A stretch of DNA of 64,000 nt from Octopus bimaculoides (lineage: Eukaryota), in contig NC_068995.1 of the NCBI RefSeq assembly GCF_001194135.2, positions 2,620,477 to 2,684,476 of the forward strand. Reading direction: 5' to 3'. The translations under genes and the position numbers were made by a program. Positions within the stretch are counted from its first letter, which is position 1, and every line of letters begins with the position of its first letter. Shown piece by piece: positions 54,040 through 64,000 of this stretch. The notes under the pieces are model-generated. The model saw only the letters and a list, made by a program, of their open reading frames with translations. It ran no database searches and had not been told where the DNA came from.

Positions 54040-54393
54040 TTAAACACAGTCTGCTCGGCTGAGAACGAGTACCACCCTTCTGCTGGGGCAACCATGTTCC
54101 TCCATGGTCTGCTGGCTCAAAAGGTGACTGGCTGGAGAAAGTGCTTGTTCATTCAAATCTAAACAGCAAAAACAATTTGTGAAAGCATGCTACTGGGATC
54201 GTTCTCATTTACAAGTAACAGCCGTTGTTTTATGCACACGTGTGTGTGTGATTATTTATTTGCATATTTATTTTTAACGTCTAGACAGTTTTGGATGCAA
54301 AATATACTGGTTGAAATACCAGTTTCTCATATCTTGTTGTATACAGTGCCAATCGGTGTGTGTGTAAGAAATTAGAATGATGAAGGAATAAAC

Positions 54394-54593
54394 AATTATG
54401 TTATGAACTTCACTGGCTTACAGCTGTTTCGGCCACACATGCCATGCACTCTTACTTGAATGCTTGTATATTACCCTATAGCTTCATCAGAGCTCCACTG
54501 AAGCTATAAGGTAATACACAAGGATTCAACTATGAGTGCATCGTATCTTTGTAGCAGAAACAGCTGTAAGCCAATGAAGTTCACGACATAATT
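54394..54593. repeat. 200-bp palindrome made of two divergent hammerhead-like units
   Basis: The arms pair almost throughout around a 12-nt loop (54487-54498). The minus arm has CTGATGA...GAAA-cagctg-TA; the plus arm has GAAA-cagctg-TA with a damaged CTGA(TGA). Confidence 0.85.
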
Positions 54594-54723
54594 TTTTATT
54601 ATACTGCTCTGTACTCGACTGATACTTCATTCTAAAGCCTATGTATATTGATATCTAACACCAGGTTATAAGTTTCACTATGCTTAAGCAAAATATTAAA
54701 ATATATAGATATATTTTGATTGA

Positions 54724-54841
54724 GTCAATCTCTTGCTACTCTGAAGTTTTACCTCTGCATTCACAGTCATCAGGTAAGTTATGCATCCTGCTAGATGACC
54801 CTATAAGCTCAGGTGAAACAACAGAGTAGCAAGAGATTGAC
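54724..54841. repeat. 118-bp hairpin with a perfect 20-bp outer stem and degenerate hammerhead cores
   Basis: gtcaatctcttgctactctg (54724-54743) pairs with cagagtagcaagagattgac (54822-54841). Confidence 0.8.
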
Positions 54842-54883
54842 ATCTCTTATTAGGGTATTGAGTACTCTCTCCCTGACAGTCAA

Positions 54884-54916
<33 letters not shown>

Positions 54917-57431
54917 CTATCCCAAGAGGGTGACAAATTCAAAAGGAGCTATGGTCGGCCACTTAGAATAATGTACTCAGCCCAGATAAGCATGGGAAAG
55001 TTGATGTTAAAATGACAATGATTATGATAAAGTATGTCAGTGGCTAACATGTCCAAAGGCTGCTGTCCAATATCTATTAGCATCTGTAAGAAAATGTTTA
55101 TCTGTTTTGTATATGGTCAATGGAGAAAGGTACATCTTTCTTTATCATGAACACAGCTTTGTTATATAGATAGGGAATGGGGGGGGGGAGCCAAGAAAAT
55201 ACTATTTTTTGTGTATATTTTAGAAATAACCATATAAGTAATTCTGCTTAATGAGTCAAAACACTTTCAGCTGGTTCCCACCTACCCATCCTTTCACCCC
55301 CTCAACTAATCTTGATAGTTCATGGCTCACCTTCTCATTAAATGGTTTTGTGGTGATGCATTATATTACCTTCATATTTGTACTGATTCTGTTGTTGAAC
55401 AACATAACATTGCCATGTTGTCATTGGATAATATCAACATATTTCTTCATAGAAGTCTTTTGTCATTGTTGTTGTTTGTGTCCACCCCCCACCCCCCAGG
55501 TCATTCTTCACGAAGCAAGCCTCTGTTATTGTCTACTTAAGACACTACACTACTAACTAGAGTGTTGCCCATCATATTGGTAGATAATGCTGGGAACATA
55601 CTTCTACCTCTGGGTCGTATCAGGTAATTACTGGAAATATAATAATTATAATTTTACTTTCTGTTAAGTTTACTGAGGAATGACTACTCATTTTCGAAAT
55701 ATATTTGTTAAAGTGAATAAAGCAAATTTCTCATTTGTGTACTTGTAATAGATATATGTTATCAATAACAATAATAATGTTTAGGTGAAACATTACTTGA
55801 TCCTTCCTACATTGGCAAAAGCATGTTCCTAACATTACTTTGTCATATGATAGGTAACTCTACTCAATGTATAATAACCAAGGGAAATAAATCCAATAGC
55901 ATAAAGAGTTAACTCCCATTTGGAGACAGCCAAACAGAAACAAAGGGAAATGAATCCAATAATATCAGAGTTAACTCTCTTTGAGAGACGGCCAAACAGA
56001 GACACAGAGACACACTGTCATTTTTATTAAGAGCTAGGTTTTAACTGTTTATAAAACCCAAATCTGCCTTGTGTTTTATCACAACATCACACACAAGTAA
56101 AAGAAAAGTCCTGACTATAAAATTTAATTCCAAACTTTGTCCTCTCTTTATTCTTTTCTTCTGCTACAGCTTCTGCTTTTCTCAAGTTACTGATTGTATA
56201 CTTCCTCCACCATTACAAACCCAACGAAACAAACGTGTACCTCAATCCTTCTTCTTCCTTATTATAACCATGTCTCTCTGCTTGTGTTCCCATTCTGCCC
56301 ATGCTTACCCACCATGTACAAACTTCAAACTGAAAATCTACTACCATTAACTATTCCTGCACTTCATGTCTTTTAGTCGAGAAGGGGCTGAAAATACTGC
56401 AGGTATTATTGTCCCCTTCTAAAACAAGATACTACTGACAGTATTGTTTATGTTTTGCAAGGAATACCTGCTCCATCTAGAAAGTCTAACTTAACATTCT
56501 AACTGATCCTATTTTAATATTAACATATTGGTAAACTGATGTAATCAGATGTTCACTTAACTATTATAATGAATGTCCTGCACCTACTGACCTTTAACTC
56601 TGCCAATCGAATGGAACTAGATCCTATTGTCCTGCCAGATAGAGGCTGAGATGGTTCTGGAAGAAATAGTGTTAAGAAGACAAGCCATCCAGGAGAGTGG
56701 ACACATAAGATGAAGAGGCTGTCGAGTCTGGAAATACAAACGTTCTCAGATGTTGGTCACTGAACTGTCTGTCCACACACCCCTATAGTTCTTGGTGACT
56801 TTTGACTGTCTTTTACAAATTCGACCCGGTTATCGTTGCAACGAAGAAGTGACCACCACACCAGTTGAAGAGAGACTTTAAAAAAAATTGCTACAGAGTA
56901 AGTTTTCTGGACCAAGGTTACTTCTAATTTCTATTGGTGAAAGAGAGAGAGCGAGAGAGAGATGCCAACATTAGCTTTCCTGATCCACAATCCATAAAAA
57001 CCAATGGTTTAACCATTGATGATGTTGATAATATTGTAACACTATTATCACGTCTTCATTGCTATTTAGATTGTGAATATCGATTATTTGTACATGTCTA
57101 ACAAAACATGTCTGCATTGCTTTCTTCTAAATTAACTTGTCAATATTCTCTTTCAGAACCCAGTGGACCAGCAGATATCACACTTATATGATATTGCCCA
57201 GTAGACAGAAAGATATCGCTATATAGAAGGCATTCTTCTAAAAATAATGGACCACCAGTCTGTTTTCAACCAACGACTATGAAAGTTATTCTCTGCAATC
57301 TATTTCTCCATATGGTTCCAGTGTATTAAAAGACTCTCCTCTCCTCTTCACACTAGTTCTCTGAAATAGTTAGATTTTATGTTGGCATTTCACTGCTACC
57401 ACTGTTGTTGTAGTAGTCAGTCATTTGAAAT

Positions 57432-58360
57432 ATGATTTCTTTTGATAAAACCCCGGTCTCCTCAGAAACCTGCCATTCTGTTATGCAATCGTACCCTAAT
57501 CAGTCATCTAATATTCCAGAAACAGCTATGTACTCCCCTTCATTTGCACTGCCTAATGACATGGGGTCTCGTTTACAGTATACCAAGCCTGCTGCCACCT
57601 TACCAAACAATTCTATACAAGAACAGGCCCCTTACTTATATTCAAGTTTTCAACAACAGACTACAATTCAATATCCAACCACTAATAACTCGCTAGTTGA
57701 TAATAGCAATCTTGCTGTGCTACACCAACCAACGAGATCAGAACTACCAGTTTCAAATAACAATCTGATAAATGTATATTCAAATAGTGTTTCTCAGTCG
57801 TTTTATAACCAGACATTACAGAGTGAAGAAAGTGTTAATATAATGCGTGCTAGGCCTTCAGATGGATTATTAAAAGAGTCACCTCCCAAGGACCGGATTT
57901 ATGAACACATACCCCATGCACATTCTATTTCCAAATCCCACAAAAAGATAACAGAACTCAGTGATGAAGATCTGTCTTCACGATTCCCATCCAGCCCTCT
58001 GATCAGTTCCAAAATTAAGCCCTCATCTTTAACTTTATATTCTAGTATTTGCAAGTCGTTGTCGTCATCATCGTCGTCATCATCTGTTGAAAACAAGAAG
58101 AGAAGGCGTTCACGCTCACGTTCTTCTTCACCGTCTTACTCACGATCAAAGTCTCCTAGTTCCTACTCGAGATCCAGATCGTCATCTAGAAGAAAGTCGA
58201 GAAGATCTCGATCTAAAAGCCCTTATTCAAAAGGGAGAGGTCACTCGGACAAACCCCGATACAGCTCTAGGTTGAATGAGAATGACAAGTCATCAAAGAG
58301 ATCATCACGATCAAGGAGTCGAGAGAAGGACTACCATAGGGAGACATCCCAAAGTGATAA
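57432..58360 (+). CDS. Large coding exon: Q/S/P/N-rich region followed by an RS (Arg-Ser dipeptide) domain; product unassigned
   Basis: 310-codon ORF with RRRSRSRSSSPSYSRSKSPSSYSRSRSSSRRKSRRSRSKSP. Strong aa|gtaagt donor at 58361 (phase 2). The 5' boundary is uncertain: ATG 57432, acceptor 57156 or acceptor 57465. Confidence 0.8.
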
Positions 58361-58454
58361 GTAAGTAGATAACCAGTTACATCTCTTCATAGCAGCAGTT
58401 CTCCCTCTTGAATATTGCCAGGATTACATTCGACTAAGAATTCTATCTTTCTTC

Positions 58455-58494
<40 letters not shown>

Positions 58495-61364
58495 CTCCCT
58501 CCCCTTCTATCTCTCACTATCTTTCTCACTCATGTCTAAGAGGTAGGCAAAGAGAGAAAGAGAGGGAAAGAGAGAGAGAGAGATAGAAAAAGAATTAGCA
58601 CCATAGTTTGGTAGAGCGCCAAGTCTGTGACCTGACCATCAGTTTACCAATATCCTGGGACAAGCATGAAGATCACCTCTTCACCATGAATCCCTACCCC
58701 CTCTTCCTATGCAGTAAAACTAATTATATAATAATAAAGTATCAGTAAATATCAATATTGATAAAACGTATTTTTTATGTGGTCTGTATACTTGACTTGT
58801 GTGGGCAATAGTTGATTGTGTATGCCCCATCCTCATCATACATACATATACATACATATATAAAACTTTGAGATGGTTATGTCTTTTGCTGAGTAGAAAT
58901 TGCTTTTCATAAAGTGGAATTCAAACATAGATGCATGTTTGTGTGTAATGTAATGCTTTGTCCCAGAATGGCCATAGTCTGCTGATTAATAAATGAATAA
59001 AAGTCTGTTTATGTATATACATATTTTTTTTTTGTTATCTTGTGGTGCAAAAATATAAAAGTGCTCATCACCCCCTTGTGTTAGAGGTGTGTAGAGTCTG
59101 ATATATGTTTAATCATGTGTAAAGTTAACAGGGTTCCATATCTGTATCAAAGGTTTTGTTTAGTCCCGTGATTGGTTGGACACACTAGTGAATGAAGAAG
59201 AAATAATTGATAATGGTTGAGTGGTTTAAGTGTCATCTGGACATGATCGTGTGGTCTCTGACATCAATTGTTATCATATCCAGGAAGGTTTGTTTTGCAG
59301 TTCTCGAGAATTAATTTAGGCTTGTGTTAACTGATTGAAATAGGTTCTTTTTGTCTAGAACTGGAGTGGTGCTAAATAATATAGAACTTCTCTGTAAAAC
59401 AGAGGTTACAGTGTTGCAATCCATTCCTAACCATCCAATGCCTTATGTTGCAGTGTTATCAATATGTTGTTGCTGATTTCTCTTTTTCGTGTCTTGATTT
59501 CCTAATAACATTAAGAAATGTTGTGGTGTGTGCTACAAGTCTCATTGTCAGAATGAAATTGTTGCACTGCTAATGTTGCAGACTTTTGAATCATTGCTCT
59601 GAATCAATCCTTTGTTGTTGTTTTTGTTGTTACTTGACTCCCACTTCACACCTGATTGAGTACACATATCATCAAAGACATTCCATCTGTGACCAGATGC
59701 TTTATTTTTCCTTCAGTCAGATTACATCTTCATCTGCAATATTGAATGTGGCCTTTTTTTTTTTTTTCAAGATGAAGACAGTTGTTTGAGAGAATTTTGG
59801 CTGCTGTTTCTAGTAAGTTGAGCATCGAGCATCTGTGTAAAGGCTCCCTCCTTGTTTGGTTGAAGTGTTGTTGTGGATGGGGAGGTATCTGCACATTATA
59901 TGTTGTATTTGTTAAAATGTAAAATATCACTTATTCTTTTGCTTTTGGTTTCATTGTAATATGATTACATACACACACACACATACACACACTGTATGTA
60001 TGTATATACACACACACACACACACACACATATGCATGTGTATAAAGTCTTTGCCAACCTGAACTTTGCCATAGATTTGACTCTACACTCAATGTTGAGT
60101 GCCTCCCCCCATCAATGAATGTTCCTTTTTTTTTTTACTCTTTCTATTTTTAAAATAATAACCATAACTTAACATATATGCGTATATAATCACATTGAAG
60201 TAAATAAAGAGGGGTAGAAAGGAGAATACTCAGTGCCAAACGTAGAGTGTCCAAGAACGGTTTGTTAAAGCTAAATCTTGGGATTTTGTGACTGAGCCAT
60301 AAAATTTGAAGATTCAGCTTCTCTAAATGTGTGTGTGTTGGTGGGGAAATCTGTGTGTCAAACAAAAACACCTTGTAGTGTATGGTTATGTTGAAGTTAC
60401 GTCCCTTTATGCTCAGGTCAACATTTTGTTTTTCTCCTCTCGTGAGTTAATATGGACAATTAGAACTCCAAGTTGGTGCCTTAGCATGACTGCAGCTCAG
60501 TGAATGAAACCAATGAAAGAGAAACACACATACACAGCACATGAGTGCTGGAGAATGCTAAGACAAGCGAGGTATACATATGCACAGAGTAGTCCTCAGA
60601 TAAACGAGAACTTATATTACAGTTCCTTCATCTAAGGCAAGTACTTTCACTGTAGAAAATCGGCTACAAGAACAATCTTTGTCAAGCAAGAAAGACAGAT
60701 AAACATCAGTAATCTGACTACATTTATTTACATGGAATACAAACTAGATATGTAAAAAGAAACAAAAAGGAGTTACGGAATAGTTTTGACAGTTGTTTCA
60801 AACAAATCCTGGCTTATGCTGTAACCACATTCGTTACATCACAAGGACCCATAATGTCATGAGTGTATGGAATAGTACAAGTTCCTAAGGATCTGTTAGT
60901 TAAGGCTAGGTCACCTCATCTGAAGAATGTGGCAACAGGGCTTGCTTAACAGATCAATAAGAACTTGTGTTATTCCACAGACCAACAACACCGTGTGTCT
61001 TTATTATGTATTGGACATGGTTAAGGCATAGGCCATGGTTTGCGTGAAACAGCTGTTGAGATAAAACTATTGCATAACTCCTTTTGTTTATTTTGTATTC
61101 CATGTAAACATTAAGCTTCTTTGTGTTTATCTGCCTGTATATAATATGCACACACACACACACATACATGTTATTTGTGATTTAATGAGGCTACCAAAGA
61201 TGTCATGTAAAGAGGAATATCTTAACAATTATCAAGCAGGTTTGATAATTATTAAGAGGTTCCTCTTTGTATGAAACCATTGGTAGCCTTTTAAACCCAC
61301 AAATGAAGAATATTTATCCACCAATGCATTGTTGAGCACTCATTTTCACTGTTTGATCTTAGTG

Positions 61365-61417
<53 letters not shown>

Positions 61418-61684
61418 CCATGTATGTATATGTGTAAGTTGTTGAAATATAAGTCTACAAAATTAGGGCTTAAAACTCTTAATCCAAGCAGTATTGACAC
61501 TTGAGGTATGCTATGTCCACCTAGATCTTTAAAAAATAAAATACACTTCTGGACATAATATACACATTCCATTACTGTATGCTGATTATTTTTGTGATTT
61601 TTGTTGTTGCTAATGACGTTGTCCTGGTTACGATAACCCATCTAACACCTAGATTGTTTTTTTTTTTCTTATACCTACTTTCAG

Positions 61685-61813
61685 ATACAGAGCATCAAGT
61701 AGACATAGGTCATATAACACAGACAGTAACCATTCCTCGACAACAGATAAATCTGTCACATCAAAAGACGATCGATTAGCTATCGACAAAGTCAAGTTAC
61801 ATAATATTGCGGT
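61685..61813 (+). CDS. Second coding exon of the RS gene (K-YRASSRHRSYNTDSNHSSTTDKSVTSKDDRLAIDKVKLHNIA-V)
   Basis: Poly-T tract plus ctactttcag acceptor and gt|gtaagt donor at 61814. 129-nt phase 2-2 exon, open and in frame with both neighbours, continuing the RS-like composition. Not in the ORF track. Confidence 0.8.
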
Positions 61814-62129
61814 GTAAGTATTCACTATACCCTTGGGTGCATTACTATGTAGGGTATTCACAATGTGTATGTCTAGGATATCAATAATGTGTGTATGTGT
61901 ATCTAGGAAGTGGGCAGTGTATGATCGGCTGTATAACCAGTGCAAGGACTGTCTCTGCTCTCGGTGCTGTGTATATCTCTGGGGTGTCTGTTATTAGCTG
62001 TACATATGTCTGTCTGTCTTTCTCTTTGATATTAGCTACATGTATGGGGGTTGTCAGGTTTAGTCACACTGCATAACACCTTGGGTGAGTATCTTCTACT
62101 ATAGTTCCAGGCTGACCAAAGCTTGGGAC

Positions 62130-62380
62130 TATAATAGAAGACCGGTCATCCTGGCCCCTTGTCGTCTTCTCTGTGAGGCTCAAGATCCAAGATCAGCTTT
62201 CACCACTTTGTCCCATGTCTTTCTGGGTCATCTGGGCCCCTTTTCTGCAAGCTCCATCCTCATTTAGTAATCGACACTTCCTTATACAGCTGCCCTCATC
62301 AGGTATCCATACCAGTGCTCTCTTCGTTTTTGCAACACTACATCTGATTCCTCTTAGGCCCAGATTTTCTATCTTGTTCA
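62130..62380 (-). mobile_element. RTE LINE 3' remnant
   Basis: GIRCSV...SCIRKCRLLNEDG... is the same C-terminal segment as 2480-2720. Confidence 0.65.
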
Positions 62381-62544
62381 TACATACAGTGTGTGGGTGT
62401 ATGTTTGCATGTGTATGTATATGTGTGTATATATGAGCACTTGTTTGTCTCTCATCATCATCATCATCATTATCGTTTAACGTCTGCTTTCCATGCTGGC
62501 ATGGGTTGGACAGTTTGACTGAGGACTGGCAAGCCAGACAGTTG

Positions 62545-62825
62545 CAATGACGAATGTTCCAGTTGGTTCAATCAACGGAACAGCCTGCTTGTGAAACCAA
62601 TGTGCAAGCGGCTGAGTACTCCACAGACACACATACCATTAACGTAGTTCTCGAGGAGATTCAGCATGACACAGAGTGTGACAAGGCTGGCCCTTTTGAA
62701 TTACAGGTACAACTCATTTTTTCCAGCTGATTGGACTGGAGCAACATGGAATAAAGTGTTTTGCCCAAGGACACAATGTGCCATTGGGTATCAAACTCAC
62801 AACCTTATGATCATGAGCCATACAC
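62545..62825 (-). mobile_element. tRNA-derived SINE
   Basis: Reverse tRNA-like head (gtgagtttgatacc, gtgtccttgggcaa) followed by the body shared with 46975-47165. Confidence 0.75.
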
Positions 62826-63093
62826 CTTGTTGTAAATTTAAATATCATGTCTAAAGCCATAATTTATGGAAATACTTGCAGACGGAAACTTGATTGTTGT
62901 AAACAATGTTTTTTTAAAGAAAATCTCATACCACCATTTCATTGGTATAATTTCTTGTGTTCATTCACAGAGCAGGAGTGTGTTTAAAGCATAGCGACAT
63001 TGTAATTAAGTTTGTTAATTAACAGAGAGTTGTGTTTAATGACATTGTTACAGTTTGTGTTAACGTTTCTGTTGATGTCTGTTCTGTTTGCAG

Positions 63094-63179
63094 TGAGAAA
63101 CTAATCAAATCTGGGACGGCCGCTAAAGAAGACATTGCATCATTGCGAGCTGGTGGGAAAACTGTTGAAGAGTTAATAA
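63094..63179 (+). CDS. Third coding exon of the RS gene (EKLIKSGTAAKEDIASLRAGGKTVEELI)
   Basis: gttctgtttgcag acceptor and a|gtaagt donor at 63180. Phase 2 matches the upstream exon; ends in phase 1. Confidence 0.8.
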
Positions 63180-63357
63180 GTAAGTACATAGGGGTGGTTT
63201 GTTGGGTGGAGCTTTCTACCCTATCGTTCAATTAGTTTAATGTCTGTAAAAATTCTGTTGTATATCCAGTACTAAGGTGAAGATGCTGTGGTATTTATCC
63301 TTATCGCTGTGATAATTCCCTTCTAAAGATCCCGATGATGTACTTTTATTTGTCTAG

Positions 63358-63438
63358 GGCATCTCAGTGGGAGCTGTTTTTGCTTGTATTGACAGCAGTG
63401 GTCATTTTGGATTGTCTGAATAATGTGATGTCCTTTAG
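63358..63438 (+). pseudogene. Possible decayed nucleotidyltransferase (TENT/TUTase) exon
   Basis: After a tttgtctag acceptor it reads RHLSGSCFCLY, then after a 1-nt shift DSSGHFGLSE*CDVL*. This resembles the LYGSSxxxF[AG]LxxSDV motif. Recognised by eye only. Confidence 0.3.
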
Positions 63439-64000
63439 GAAATGTTTCAGAGGATTTCAGACAATCTGGTCCCTTTCCCTTTGAGCCCATCTTTTTGTGC
63501 AATGAGAGATTTAAGATTGTTCAAGGGACAAACCACACTGAACTTCCCTTAGTGATAGGCTCAACATGTTGTCAGAGTCTGAGAGTTTGGGAAGGACTGG
63601 CCCTTACAAATGGCTGAACCCTTTAGCATTCAATTTACTTTGATTAATTTAAAACAATGTAAATCAATAAGCATTACATTTGACAAAGTAATCACCATCA
63701 TCATCGTCATCATCATCAGCAGACGTTAAACAATGATGATTATTTTGTCAATGTAATGCTTATTACTCTCTTTACTCTTTTGCTTGTTTCAGTCATTTGA
63801 CTGCGGCCATGCTGGAGCACCGCCTTTTAGTCAAGCAAATCAACCCCAGGACTTATTCTTTGTTAGCCTAGTATTTATTCTATTGGTCTCTTATGCCGAA
63901 CTGCTAAGTTACGGGGACAAGTACCAGTTGAGCACTGGGGTCAATGTAGTCAACTTAACCCTTTCCCCTGAACTTGCTGGCCTTGTGCCGAAATTTGAAA

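Noticed and set aside
61649-61945. 98-aa minus-strand ORF with FLD...HSNAPKGI resembling Penelope RT
   Set aside because: It is the antisense of a well-supported plus-strand exon (61685-61813) plus intron.

Overview
AT-rich eukaryotic genomic DNA, dense in microsatellites and SINEs, with several N gaps. The repeat landscape looks like an Octopus/cephalopod draft scaffold (inference). (1) At 1.0-13.4 kb on + is the 3' half of an F-spondin/spondin-1-like gene: spondin domain, TSR, TSR, Kunitz, TSR, TSR. It has 7 well-supported exons plus a probable terminal exon, phase-consistent except across an N gap that truncates one exon. (2) At 57.2-63.2 kb on + is the 5' part of a spliced gene encoding a Q/S/P-rich region and an RS (Arg-Ser) domain. 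It is followed by a helical segment resembling the start of a TUTase/non-canonical poly(A) polymerase domain, whose next exon appears broken. (3) The rest is mostly intronic or intergenic: tRNA-derived SINEs, RTE/RTEX LINE remnants, an internally deleted mariner, TTAA-flanked piggyBac-like MITEs and a Helentron-like non-autonomous element. The most striking unexplained structure is a set of non-coding foldback (palindromic) elements built around Penelope-type minimal hammerhead ribozyme motifs. One carries a fully intact ribozyme at the apex of a 144-bp-arm hairpin inside a spondin intron (4404-4743). Almost all entries in the ORF track are microsatellite or N-gap artefacts. Family assignments come from motif recognition by eye; no database search was run.
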